A stretch of 64,000 bases of DNA from Lewinellaceae bacterium (GTDB lineage: Bacteria; Bacteroidota; Bacteroidia; Chitinophagales; Saprospiraceae), in contig CANHEE010000001.1 in NCBI GenBank assembly GCA_947459655.1, positions 39,493 through 103,492 on the forward strand, read 5' to 3'. This document shows, in pieces, positions 1 to 8,928 of the stretch. Under the pieces are notes generated by a model. That model had not been told where the DNA came from, did no database searches, and saw only the letters and a list, made by a program, of their open reading frames with translations. The position numbers and the translations under genes were made by a program. Within the stretch, counting starts at the first letter, position 1. Each line of letters starts with the position of its first letter.

Positions 1-1
1 C

Positions 2-718
2 GAACCATACATCAATCCAAAATTTCTGGATATGGTAAAATATGCCTGCAGTCGGAAAATATACACCATTACCTCCACCAACGGACATTTTTTAAACGAT
101 GAGAACGCGCGGAAAACCGTGGAGTCCGGTCTGGACAGGCTAATCATCTCCGTAGACGGAACGACGCAGGAAACATACGAAAGTTACAGGAAAGAAGGCA
201 ACCTTGAGCATGTGCTTCAGGGTGCGAGAAACATCGTAAAATGGAAAAAGCAGATGAAATCTGACACCCCACACATCATTTTTCAGTTTTTAGTGGTCAA
301 ACCCAATGAACACCAGATTCCCGAAATTTTCGCACTTGCAAATGAAATTGGTGTTGATGAGGTGAAACTGAAAACAGCCCAGGTGTACGATTTCGAAAAT
401 GGAAATGAGCTAATACCAAGCCTCGACAAGTATTCAAGATATGCTAAATTGCCCGACGGAACGTATCGGGTAAAAAACGAACTACTAAACCATTGCTGGA
501 AATTGTGGCATGCCTGCGTTATCACCTGGGACGGACTAGTGGTTCCCTGCTGTTTTGACAAGGATGCGGAACACCGCCTGGGTGATCTGAAAAAAAATGC
601 ATTCAGAGAAATATGGCAGGGTCCCTCCTACCTTTCCTTTCGTTCCAGAATACTGACGGGTCGGAACCAAATCGATATCTGCACCAATTGTACAGAGGGC
701 TGCAGCGTATGGGTTTGA
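2..718 (+). CDS. radical SAM / SPASM-domain protein, 5'-truncated by the window edge
   Basis: The frame is open from base 2 (EPYINPKFLD precedes the tracked Met at 32). The C-terminal Cys cluster (WDGLVVPCCFD ... CTNCTEGC) fits a SPASM/twitch auxiliary Fe-S domain. The LIISVDG segment is typical of a radical-SAM barrel. Confidence 0.65.
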   Translation, partial: EPYINPKFLDMVKYACSRKIYTITSTNGHFLNDENARKTVESGLDRLIISVDGTTQETYESYRKEGNLEHVLQGARNIVKWKKQMKSDTPHIIFQFLVVKPNEHQIPEIFALANEIGVDEVKLKTAQVYDFENGNELIPSLDKYSRYAKLPDGTYRVKNELLNHCWKLWHACVITWDGLVVPCCFDKDAEHRLGDLKKNAFREIWQGPSYLSFRSRILTGRNQIDICTNCTEGCSVWV

Positions 719-720
719 AT

Positions 721-1116
721 TTAATTTTTTCCGATCCTTATTTCCTGAATAATGTACATGTCATTGACTACCTTCATATAAAGGTAGATTCTGTAGTTTC
801 CGGTAGCAGTGGCCAATTCACCTATGGAATACTGGGTATCTTTCCCCTTTGAAGCGCCCTGATGCAACTGGCTGAAAGCCTTGGGTTTGTTTTTGGAGAA
901 AAAATCCCGAATCACCGTCACTGCACCATCCTTTCTGAAACTATCCGCTTTTTCAAAAATGGTAATTTCTACTTCTGAATCAAAAAATTTGCTCAACGCA
1001 TCGGCATTTCCACTGCTTAGCGCTGCAGCAATTGGAGCAAAATTGGGACTTACTTCACAACTGGCGCCTGCAGAAAAAAGGGCCGTAAGAGAAAAAATCA
1101 GAATGAAATGTTTCAT
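721..1116 (-). CDS. DUF4783-like secreted protein, function unknown
   Basis: 131 aa with an N-terminal signal peptide (MKHFILIFSLTALFSAGAS). The overall pattern is recalled as Bacteroidota DUF4783; family assignment is from memory only. Confidence 0.55.
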   Translation of the reverse strand: MKHFILIFSLTALFSAGASCEVSPNFAPIAAALSSGNADALSKFFDSEVEITIFEKADSFRKDGAVTVIRDFFSKNKPKAFSQLHQGASKGKDTQYSIGELATATGNYRIYLYMKVVNDMYIIQEIRIGKN

Positions 1117-1313
1117 AGTTTTAGAAAATGCAAACCTTTTTGTAAAACGATTTGATTTGAGGTTTTGGCCGGAAAAGTATTTAAAACCCTACTACTTCTG
1201 AACTGCACCAATACAAACATAGTTCTTAAGACCGAAAAGTACAAGTTTTTAACTTGAGCGCAACGAAAAACAAACAAAAATTAACGGATCAATAAGGTAA
1301 GTGGTCGAAATGG

Positions 1314-2609
1314 CTACTCCGCTGTTCCTGTCCGAAAATGCACCCGCCTCAACAATAGGATACCCACCAAAAAGAATATACCCAATGCCAGCGCACTGGT
1401 CCGCATCGAACCGGTTATGTTTTCAATAATTCCAAAACTAAAGGTCCCGATTACAATGGAACATTTTTCCACCACATCATAAAAACTAAAATAGGATGTA
1501 GTATCGGTTGTGCGCTTCGGGATTATTTTAGCATAAGAAGCACGCGATAGCGATTGCACACCCCCGAGGACAAGCCCCACAAACATACCGATGATGTAAA
1601 ATTGTGCCTTATCTGCCACGAAAGAAGCCAGAACACAAATCATCGCCCAGATAACCAGTGTCACCGTGAGCGCCACCTTGTTCTTGTATTTTTTGGAGAG
1701 CCAGGCAAAAAAATATGCTCCCATGGCACCTATCAACTGTATTATCAGGACCAGAATAATCAGATCTACTGTCTGAAAATGCAGTTCCTTATCTGCAAAA
1801 ACCGTAGCCATGTAAATAACAGTCTGCACGCCGGCGTTATAAAACAAATAGGACAAAAGAAAATTCTTCAGATCCACCTGTCCCTGTAAAGCACTAAAAA
1901 CCTTCCGGATTTCAGTATAACCCTTGTTAATTGATTTCCATATGGGTTTTTCCGATTTGTTACCCGGCAGATTTCTGATGGTGTACTGCGCAAAACCCAT
2001 CCACCACAATCCAACTGTGACAAAAGCAATTCGGGTTGCAGAAGCTTTGTCAGTAAAACCAAAGACTTCAAATTTTTCAATCATCAGCAGATTGAAAACG
2101 AGTAGTATCACCGAACCAATATAGCCTAAGGCAAATCCGCGCGCACTTACCGCATCATATTTGTCCTCACTGACAATTTCCGGTAAAAAGGCATTGTAAA
2201 ACACCAGTCCTCCCGCCGCGCCGATTGTAGCAAGCGCATAGCCGGTCATTCCGACCCACAACGTTCCCATGTTTTGAAATCCCCACAGACAAATGCATGC
2301 AGAAGAACCAAGCAAGGTGAATGCCAGTAGAAAGCGTTTTTTGTTGCCACCATAATCGGCGATTCCCGACAGTATAGGTGACAAAAAGGCCAGCACCAGA
2401 TAGACGGAGGTAATGCAAAAGGCCAGAAAACTGGTATCAGAAAACGGAATTCCTAATATTAAAAAGTGGTCATCAACAATGCCCGTAAAATAAACGGGAA
2501 AAATAGCAGTGGAAATAATCAGGTAATAAACCGAGTTCGCCCAGTCAAACATTGCCCATGCATTGATGACTTTAGGGTTGTTGAGTTGGAAATTTTCTTC
2601 TTGCACCAT
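1314..2609 (-). CDS. MFS transporter, UMF1/Atg22-like family
   Basis: 431 aa with about 12 hydrophobic segments. The N-terminus (INAWAMFDWANSVYY) is characteristic of UMF1-type MFS proteins. Confidence 0.7.
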   Translation of the reverse strand: MVQEENFQLNNPKVINAWAMFDWANSVYYLIISTAIFPVYFTGIVDDHFLILGIPFSDTSFLAFCITSVYLVLAFLSPILSGIADYGGNKKRFLLAFTLLGSSACICLWGFQNMGTLWVGMTGYALATIGAAGGLVFYNAFLPEIVSEDKYDAVSARGFALGYIGSVILLVFNLLMIEKFEVFGFTDKASATRIAFVTVGLWWMGFAQYTIRNLPGNKSEKPIWKSINKGYTEIRKVFSALQGQVDLKNFLLSYLFYNAGVQTVIYMATVFADKELHFQTVDLIILVLIIQLIGAMGAYFFAWLSKKYKNKVALTVTLVIWAMICVLASFVADKAQFYIIGMFVGLVLGGVQSLSRASYAKIIPKRTTDTTSYFSFYDVVEKCSIVIGTFSFGIIENITGSMRTSALALGIFFLVGILLLRRVHFRTGTAE

Positions 2610-2629
2610 TTGATTTCGTTTTGCGCCAA

Positions 2630-3685
2630 TTATTGTTTCAAAAGCAATTTTACAAGCTCATTTAGTCGGTTTTCTGCACTAATATCTGGTTTTTTTCTGT
2701 CCATAGCCCTTGCGATGCCCGTTTGCAGATCAAGATTTTTTTGCTCCTGAAATTCAAAGACACCTTGCTCGCCAAGTTGTTTTGCAAGATAAATCTGCTC
2801 CGACTGTCCGGGCGTAGGAACCAAAAGTGCCTTGCTTCCGGTCACGGCCAGATCCATCAACGTCGAATATCCTGACCTTGCGACCACCACTGCAGAACTA
2901 CAAACCAGTTCATTCAGCAAAATACCATCTGCGTAGTTGTAAACCGTGATGTTGCTCTTTATGCTTTTTGTGATTTCTCCCGAAACCTGGCCCCTCACAA
3001 CTGTTACCTGGCCATCCAGTTGCACGGACTGTTTCATTACCAATTCTTCAAAGATTGTTCTCTGCGGTTCCGGTCCTGATAGAATCACCAGTACGCCCTG
3101 CCGCCTATACTCCGTACATTTTTTAAACCGACTCAGAATTCCGGTATAGCTGACGGGCACAGTTATTTTCCCAAAATGATGGGACAGAATACCCGACAAT
3201 GATGAATCACCTTCAACATCCGGAATCCAGAGCTGGTCAAATCTGCCTATCCTGGCCTTGTTGAAGTTTCTGATGATTAGGTCAGACAAGGCATTACCGG
3301 TCTGAATATTGACCTGGTGCGTGACAAAAATGTTGGTACATTCAGGTGAATAGCAGCCGTAGCGGTTATCAGAAATGATGACATCTATTCCATACTCTTT
3401 CACCAAACGCCGAGTGACTTTGTTTTCCTCACGGACAGCCGATAGTATGCCCGGTAGCATTCGTGCCACATTCAGAAACATGTTTTCGCTCCGGTAGGTA
3501 ATCCGGTATGGAGGCAATTCAACTGCTTTCAGTTCGGGAAATGCTGCTTTTAGCAAGTTCAGCGCGGAGCCATCTGAAGCAATAATAACCTCAAATCCGT
3601 TTTCTTTTAGGCACTCAATGATTGGCACGCATCGGGTTGCATGTCCAAGTCCCCAGTGTAAAGCAGCTACCAGTACTTTTTTCAC
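2630..3685 (-). CDS. GT-B glycosyltransferase (GT28/MurG-like)
   Basis: The N-terminus KVLVAALHWGLGHATRCVPI and the C-terminal donor-binding region (ARSGYSTLMDL...LVPTPGQSEQ) fit a GT-B fold. The tracked Met at 3826 lies inside the upstream gene. GTG at 3685 overlaps the upstream TGA (GTGA) and gives a canonical N-terminus. Confidence 0.65.
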   Translation of the reverse strand: MKKVLVAALHWGLGHATRCVPIIECLKENGFEVIIASDGSALNLLKAAFPELKAVELPPYRITYRSENMFLNVARMLPGILSAVREENKVTRRLVKEYGIDVIISDNRYGCYSPECTNIFVTHQVNIQTGNALSDLIIRNFNKARIGRFDQLWIPDVEGDSSLSGILSHHFGKITVPVSYTGILSRFKKCTEYRRQGVLVILSGPEPQRTIFEELVMKQSVQLDGQVTVVRGQVSGEITKSIKSNITVYNYADGILLNELVCSSAVVVARSGYSTLMDLAVTGSKALLVPTPGQSEQIYLAKQLGEQGVFEFQEQKNLDLQTGIARAMDRKKPDISAENRLNELVKLLLKQ

Positions 3686-4842
3686 TCCAATGTGCTTAAA
3701 AACTGTTCTGCCGGCACAGGACTTTCGCCGTTTTCCTTTGCCCACATGATGGCTTTTTTTGCAGCTCCTTTTGCTTTTCTGGTTTTTCCCATCGCCTTGT
3801 AAAGATAAGCCATGGCTACACGGCATTCAAAATTGTCCTCTTTTTTAGCTGCCTCCCTAACCCAATCCATTGCCGTATTTAAAAAGGGTTTGTGTGTTGT
3901 AATGCCAGATAGCTGATAGGATAAATCTGCCCACTCTGAAGGATCTTCAGGTGGAAATGTCTGCGTATACGATTTTGCAGCTTCCATAAAAGACCTGGCA
4001 TCAATGACTGCTGCATAATATGTCGTCCTGTACTTTGCCACCAGACGATCTGCACTTTCCGGATATACCTGTCTGATGTTTTTCTCCATCGCTTCAAGAC
4101 CACTGCGGTGATTACCACCGGTAAGTTCTTCATACATCACACTTTCTATTCTGCCTTTGACCGCAGAGGCTCCAAATCTGTTCGTAAAAACTTTTTTATT
4201 GTCTAGCAAAAACCGGAATCCCGGACTACCAGGATTGACCACGTAGCGCATGATGAAATCCATTGCTGCATCCTGTTTCCAGTCAGGAAGCAATTGCAGG
4301 TAAGCATCTACCGCTTTATCCTGGCTGCCATTCATCAGAATGGCCCGCTTTTCAATGTAGCGCAGCAATGGCTCTGCAGAGAGTTGTCCCGTCCTGAATT
4401 TTTCATCCAAAGCCGTAAGCCGCTCTTCTGGAAGCAACGCGGTCCGACAAACTTCCAGAAACATCGTAGCATCTTTGTAGCCTGCATCGCTATGCAACAT
4501 TTTCCCATTACTGTCTGTAAACAACAACGTTGGATACGCGGCAACCTGATAGATTCGGGCATATTTTATTCCCTCCCCACGTTCCATATCCATCTTCAAA
4601 CAAACAAACTTGTCTTTGACAAATGCTGTTACGGCTTTATCCCTGAAGGCAACCTCATTCATGCGCTTGCAGGGTCCGCACCAGGTGGCATAGGCATCCA
4701 CAAAAATCATTTTGTTGGTTTTTTTTGCCTCCTTGAGTGCCGATGCCATACTTTTGTGAAAATACAGGCTATCCGGACCCTCTGCACACAGCAGATTCAA
4801 TACAAGTAGGCTGAAAATGGTCAGCAGGACATTCTTTTTCAT
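3682..4842 (-). CDS. thioredoxin-fold protein with a long helical C-terminal extension
   Basis: WCGPCK active-site motif. A signal peptide starts at the Met at 4842 (MKKNVLLTIFSLLVLNLLCA). The tracked upstream extension has no signal-peptide character. Confidence 0.7.
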   Translation of the reverse strand: MKKNVLLTIFSLLVLNLLCAEGPDSLYFHKSMASALKEAKKTNKMIFVDAYATWCGPCKRMNEVAFRDKAVTAFVKDKFVCLKMDMERGEGIKYARIYQVAAYPTLLFTDSNGKMLHSDAGYKDATMFLEVCRTALLPEERLTALDEKFRTGQLSAEPLLRYIEKRAILMNGSQDKAVDAYLQLLPDWKQDAAMDFIMRYVVNPGSPGFRFLLDNKKVFTNRFGASAVKGRIESVMYEELTGGNHRSGLEAMEKNIRQVYPESADRLVAKYRTTYYAAVIDARSFMEAAKSYTQTFPPEDPSEWADLSYQLSGITTHKPFLNTAMDWVREAAKKEDNFECRVAMAYLYKAMGKTRKAKGAAKKAIMWAKENGESPVPAEQFLSTLE

Positions 4843-5008
4843 CAGTCGGTTTTTTAATGCTTTTCCGTTCAGGGCATGGTGAATTATCAGGTTTTCGACA
4901 GGGTTTTCACTGCAATTATACATTACAAAGATGAACTATTATTGCCGAATTTTGCGTTAATACTTCGCCTCATCGTATTTTAGGTGTTTTTTAGACCATT
5001 TTTGTACC

Positions 5009-5578
5009 ATGACTTTCAGATTGCATTTAGTTTTTGGCATTTGCCTTCTCGGATTTTTACCTTCCTTTGCACAGAAGATCAGGTATTCGTACGAAATCAC
5101 CAAAGAGGATACCCTTCTGGTAGGTAACATTCCGGATATTGTGGTAAAAGACTTGCCTTTTTTCAAATCGAGGGAAGATTATTCAACTTATCTCAGGTAT
5201 AAGCGATTTGCAGAAAAGGTGTATCCCTATGCCGTTCAAGCTGTAAAAGCCTATCGCGAACTACAAACGGACACAGAGAAAATGGGCTTTTTTGAAAGAA
5301 GAAGGTACGTAAAAGAAAAGCAAAGCGAATTAAAAGCCAAATTTGAAGACCCGCTCATCAACCTCACCAAGGGCCAGGGAAGGATGCTCATCAAAATGAT
5401 AGAAAGAAAACTGGAAGTGCCTATGTACCGGGTGATTGATGATTCAAAAGGCTCGTTCACAGCAGTTTACTGGAATATTTTAGGAAAAATGAACGGCTAC
5501 CATCTGAAAGAGGGTTATGTACAAGGTGAAGATAAAATCCTCGATCTGGTCATAGATGATTACGACATTCCAGACTAA
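5009..5578 (+). CDS. DUF4294-like secreted protein
   Basis: 189 aa with a signal peptide (FGICLLGFLPSFAQ). The segment YLRYKRFAEKVYPYA is recalled from the DUF4294 family. Function unknown. Confidence 0.5.
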   Translation: MTFRLHLVFGICLLGFLPSFAQKIRYSYEITKEDTLLVGNIPDIVVKDLPFFKSREDYSTYLRYKRFAEKVYPYAVQAVKAYRELQTDTEKMGFFERRRYVKEKQSELKAKFEDPLINLTKGQGRMLIKMIERKLEVPMYRVIDDSKGSFTAVYWNILGKMNGYHLKEGYVQGEDKILDLVIDDYDIPD

Positions 5579-5626
5579 GACGCCCTATGTTTCCACCAAA
5601 AATTCGTAAAGTGGATAAAGAGTTGC

Positions 5627-5634
5627 TACATTTG
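5627..5634 (+). promoter_or_regulatory. Bacteroidota-type -7 promoter box (TACATTTG)
   Basis: Matches the TAnnTTTG consensus 19 nt upstream of the TolC-like ATG at 5653. No clear -33 TTTG is present. Confidence 0.3.
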
Positions 5635-5652
5635 CAATAAATTACTTTTCAG

Positions 5653-6951
5653 ATGAAGTTGCTTTTATCCATTTTATTTTCCGGAGTCTGCTGTCTGCAG
5701 GCACAGCCATTGCTGACTCTGAAAGATGCATTGGCAATAGCATCAAAAGAAAACTACGATTTACAGGCAGTCAAAAACGACCAGATACTCGCCAAAAGCC
5801 ATGAGTATTACGGAAATGCAGGAGAGCAACCCATATACACTTTTGTTGCAGGAGACAACATGCAGCTCATCGGCGTCAACCAAAAACTCTCCAATGGAAA
5901 CGAGATCATCCGGACAGGAGTGCCATCCAATGCCTTTAGCACCCAACTAGGCGTGGCCTACCCGGTATTCAACAAATCGAGAACCAGGGCTATAAAAAAC
6001 CGAATTTCTGAGCAAAGCAACATTGCCGGTTACCGAACCAGGGCCGAGTCTCAGAATATTGCAGCTCAAATCATCCAGAAATACTACGAAATTATCCGCC
6101 AGCAGAAACTGATCCGATTTCTGGAAACCAGTCTTGAGGTCAGCAAACAAAGATTGGAACTGGTAAACAATAGGCAAGCGCTCGGAATGGCCGCAGGAAC
6201 AGAAGTGTATCTTGCCGAGCTTGATTTGAACTCGCGCCGGCAGGAACTGGTCAACCAGGAACTCATCCTCAAACAAAGCAAGTCAGCACTAAACATACTG
6301 CTCGCAAAACCCGCGGAGAGCGATTTTTCAGTCACCGACTCCATAGATGTTGACCCCGGACTGCGTTTTGAGGCATTACTGGAAAGCGCAAAACAAAATC
6401 CGGAAATCATGATGTCCGTAGGACAGAGCAAAGTGCTGGACTGGCTGGAAAAAGAAACGCATGCGCAAAGGCTACCCAACGCCAGAATAAATGGCGGACT
6501 CGCCGGGTCAATCTCTAATACTACTGCAGGTTTTTTACTTCAAAATGCCAGTTACGGGCCATTTATAGGTGCCAGCGTCAATGTTCCGCTTTTCAATAGA
6601 GATATCTTTGACCGGCAGGAACAGCTTGTTTCCATCCAGCGGAGATCGAGTGACATCCGGACGAAGTCAATACAGAACAGCATCGAGGGGAACCTTTACA
6701 GGCTTTACACTGCTTACCAAACCTATCTTGGAAATATGCCTGTGGAAAGCAAAAATACGGAGACTGCAAAAAAATACCTCGAACTGGTACTGGAGCGCTA
6801 CAGACTGAATCAAAGTAATGCTATTGAGCTGCGGGAGGCACAGCTATCCTACGAACAATCAATCTACAGACTTATTTCTGTCCAATATTCGGCAAAAATT
6901 ACGGAAACGGAACTCATGCGCCTGGCGTCGATGATTCCCATTGAAAATTAA
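5653..6951 (+). CDS. TolC-family outer-membrane efflux protein
   Basis: 432 aa with a signal peptide. It has two-repeat coiled-coil/beta architecture, with LTLKDALAIA at the N-terminus and a YEQSIYRLISVQY-type helix typical of the OEP family. Confidence 0.75.
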   Translation: MKLLLSILFSGVCCLQAQPLLTLKDALAIASKENYDLQAVKNDQILAKSHEYYGNAGEQPIYTFVAGDNMQLIGVNQKLSNGNEIIRTGVPSNAFSTQLGVAYPVFNKSRTRAIKNRISEQSNIAGYRTRAESQNIAAQIIQKYYEIIRQQKLIRFLETSLEVSKQRLELVNNRQALGMAAGTEVYLAELDLNSRRQELVNQELILKQSKSALNILLAKPAESDFSVTDSIDVDPGLRFEALLESAKQNPEIMMSVGQSKVLDWLEKETHAQRLPNARINGGLAGSISNTTAGFLLQNASYGPFIGASVNVPLFNRDIFDRQEQLVSIQRRSSDIRTKSIQNSIEGNLYRLYTAYQTYLGNMPVESKNTETAKKYLELVLERYRLNQSNAIELREAQLSYEQSIYRLISVQYSAKITETELMRLASMIPIEN

Positions 6952-6957
6952 TTTGTT

Positions 6958-7551
6958 ATGGCCATAGACATTTTCTTGCTGATCGCCATTGGATATGGTT
7001 TCTACATGGGGCAGCAGAGGGGAATAGTAAAATCCATACTAACAACAATCATATACTTGATTGCAATCATGGCCTCGTTCAAACTGGCTCCGAAGGTTTC
7101 GAATGCGCTGTTCACGTTACTAAAAGACGAATCGCCGATGGTCATTCTCGCGGGATTTGCCATTTCATTGGTTTTAGCCATTGTTTGTGCCCGTTACATC
7201 AACAAGGGTATCGATAGTCTGTTGAAAATTGAGCACATCAATACAATGAATAAAATAGCCGGGGGAATTGTACTTGCTGCCATCCTGGTACTGTTTTACA
7301 GTGTAATGGTATGGTTTGCAGATGAGGCACACCTGATCGAAGTAGACAGCAAAAAGCAATCTGTTTCCTATTCTTTTCTGATCACCTGTCCGGCTAGGGC
7401 CAAAAACCTTGGTGTTGCTGCAGCTCCTTTTTTCGAGGGCTATTGGGACCAAAGCGAGGAATTGCTCTTGCGGTTGAAAAAAAGCAAAAGTAATCCGCCC
7501 ACACAAAAAAATACTGACAAGGCACCCTCCAATAAAAAAGACCGGAATTGA
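6958..7551 (+). CDS. CvpA-family membrane protein
   Basis: The N-terminus MAIDIFLLIAIGYGFYMGQQRGIVKSIL and four TM segments fit the CvpA family. The C-terminal tail is basic. Confidence 0.6.
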   Translation: MAIDIFLLIAIGYGFYMGQQRGIVKSILTTIIYLIAIMASFKLAPKVSNALFTLLKDESPMVILAGFAISLVLAIVCARYINKGIDSLLKIEHINTMNKIAGGIVLAAILVLFYSVMVWFADEAHLIEVDSKKQSVSYSFLITCPARAKNLGVAAAPFFEGYWDQSEELLLRLKKSKSNPPTQKNTDKAPSNKKDRN

Positions 7552-7571
7552 CATTCAGTTCCGGTCTTTTT
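7540..7571. terminator. intrinsic terminator hairpin between convergent genes
   Basis: GACCGGAA (7540-7547) pairs with TTCCGGTC (7559-7566). A-run upstream and T-run downstream allow use on both strands. The cvpA-like stop codon sits in the loop. Confidence 0.6.
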
Positions 7572-7588
7572 CTTAGCTGAAAAAAGGA

Positions 7589-8014
7589 TTATTGTACCTC
7601 GATGTTCTTTGGCACGACTATAACTTCAGCCTTTTTGGGTATATTGATATACAAAATGCCGTTATCGTAATTTGCGGAAATATTCTCTGTATTAATGGTC
7701 TCAGGCAAATTAAAACTTCGGGTGAAATTACTGTAATCAAAAGCCCTCCTGTTGTAGCGGGCTCCCTCTCCAAGGGTTTGCTCGTCTTTGACCGAACGGA
7801 CCTGTAGCCGGTTCTTCTCGAGCTGAATTTCAAAATCCTCCCTGGTAAGGCCCGGTGCTGCGAGTTGAATCTGAAAACGCTCCGGATTTTCGCTGATATT
7901 CACCATCGGATTCGTGTTTAATGTATCGTTACCAACTAAATGTGAAATGCCTTTGTTGAAAAAGTCATTTAACACGGCATCCTGAAGTGGACTATAATTT
8001 CTGATGATTCTCAT
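7589..8014 (-). CDS. Hsp20/alpha-crystallin small heat-shock protein
   Basis: 141 aa with an alpha-crystallin domain (AAPGLTREDFEIQLEKNRLQV ... NGILYINIPK). Confidence 0.85.
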   Translation of the reverse strand: MRIIRNYSPLQDAVLNDFFNKGISHLVGNDTLNTNPMVNISENPERFQIQLAAPGLTREDFEIQLEKNRLQVRSVKDEQTLGEGARYNRRAFDYSNFTRSFNLPETINTENISANYDNGILYINIPKKAEVIVVPKNIEVQ

Positions 8015-8051
8015 ATGATTGAAATATTTTAGCGGTTATTAGATCGTTTTT

Positions 8052-8471
8052 TTAATGAATGCGTATTTTTTTTGCCTGTGCAACTGCTTGCTTTTGAAGT
8101 ACAATTTTCAGAATTCCCTGTTCGTAAACTACTCGAACATCATCAGTCTGCACTCCCTCACCAATGTGAAAAGTTTTTTCAAATTGCCTGTATGAAAACT
8201 CCTCTCTAATGTACTGCTCATTAGCCGTTGTATTTTCTCCCTCGGTTTTTTCCGCAGATACCTTTAATAGGTCTTTTTCCAGTGTAACCTTGAAATCCTC
8301 CTTTTGAAGACCCGGTGCTGCAATTCCGATTTCAAAACCTGTTGCCGACTCAATAATATTAACGGCGGGATGTGTACTCAATGTGTTTCTCTTAAAATTG
8401 GTGCTTGCCCTAGGATGAAAAGTTCTACCTGTTTGAATGGGTTTGAAATTACTGATTAGCATATTGATCAA
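8052..8471 (-). CDS. Hsp20/alpha-crystallin small heat-shock protein (tandem paralogue)
   Basis: 139 aa with AAPGLQKEDFKVTLEKDLLKV ... QGILKIVLQK. Confidence 0.85.
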   Translation of the reverse strand: MINMLISNFKPIQTGRTFHPRASTNFKRNTLSTHPAVNIIESATGFEIGIAAPGLQKEDFKVTLEKDLLKVSAEKTEGENTTANEQYIREEFSYRQFEKTFHIGEGVQTDDVRVVYEQGILKIVLQKQAVAQAKKIRIH

Positions 8472-8571
8472 ATTTTTTTGTGTAAAAGAATATGTGTTCT
8501 ACAAAGTTCTTTCAATCTGTATACCATTTGCATTTTTGCGACAATTCGACCTAAATCAGGGATTAATACAA

Positions 8572-8623
8572 GTCATTTTGTCTGTTTTATCGATTTTTGT
8601 ATGTCATTTTGTCTGTTTTATCG
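8572..8623 (+). repeat. two perfect 21-bp direct repeats, GTCATTTTGTCTGTTTTATCG
   Basis: Copies at 8572-8592 and 8603-8623 (31-bp period) in the divergent intergenic region between hsp20 and the glucosaminidase-domain gene. Confidence 0.9.
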
Positions 8624-8707
8624 TCGAGAATGCCATGGGGAAGTAGCCTTCAACACATTATAAAATACATTAATTTGTATTGTTATTTTAAATCTTCGAC
8701 AGAATTT

Positions 8708-8722
8708 TGGCACAGAGATTGC
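8708..8722 (+). promoter_or_regulatory. candidate sigma-54 (-24/-12) promoter, TGGCAC-N5-TTGC
   Basis: TGGCACAGAGATTGC matches all 10 fixed positions of the RpoN consensus. It points toward the CDS at 8929 and lies 85-135 bp downstream of the 21-bp direct repeats. Confidence 0.4.
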
Positions 8723-8928
8723 CCTAACACATTATATTCCAAATTTTTATGTTTTTTTGATGTTTGGGAAATACATATTACGAGAAAACCACAACCCGTT
8801 TTTTGGTTCCTTGAAAATGTAAAACATGTGGTACTGTTCAGTCAGTACTGCTTGCCAGAAGCCGGTCAAACAGTTTCTTTTACATTTATCGGGAACTGAT
8901 CAGTACGGCTAAATTCAAACTAATTACA

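Noticed and set aside
3686-3826. N-terminal extensions from the track's most-upstream starts (many TTG/GTG). Examples are 2630-3826, 3682-4923, 18575, 19737, 25848-27803, 44506-45366, 47417, 53023-54894, 55753-56616, 56549, 59769 and 62283.
   Set aside because: The extensions overlap neighbouring genes or precede obvious signal peptides or canonical N-termini. Internal ATG starts give family-typical N-termini.
8597-8899. Tracked 100-aa ORF, and the neighbouring 61- and 69-aa ORFs, in the hsp20/glucosaminidase intergenic region.
   Set aside because: The translations are AT-rich, Cys/Phe-rich and overlap one another, and they span the direct repeats and the sigma-54-like element. The region is more plausibly regulatory DNA.
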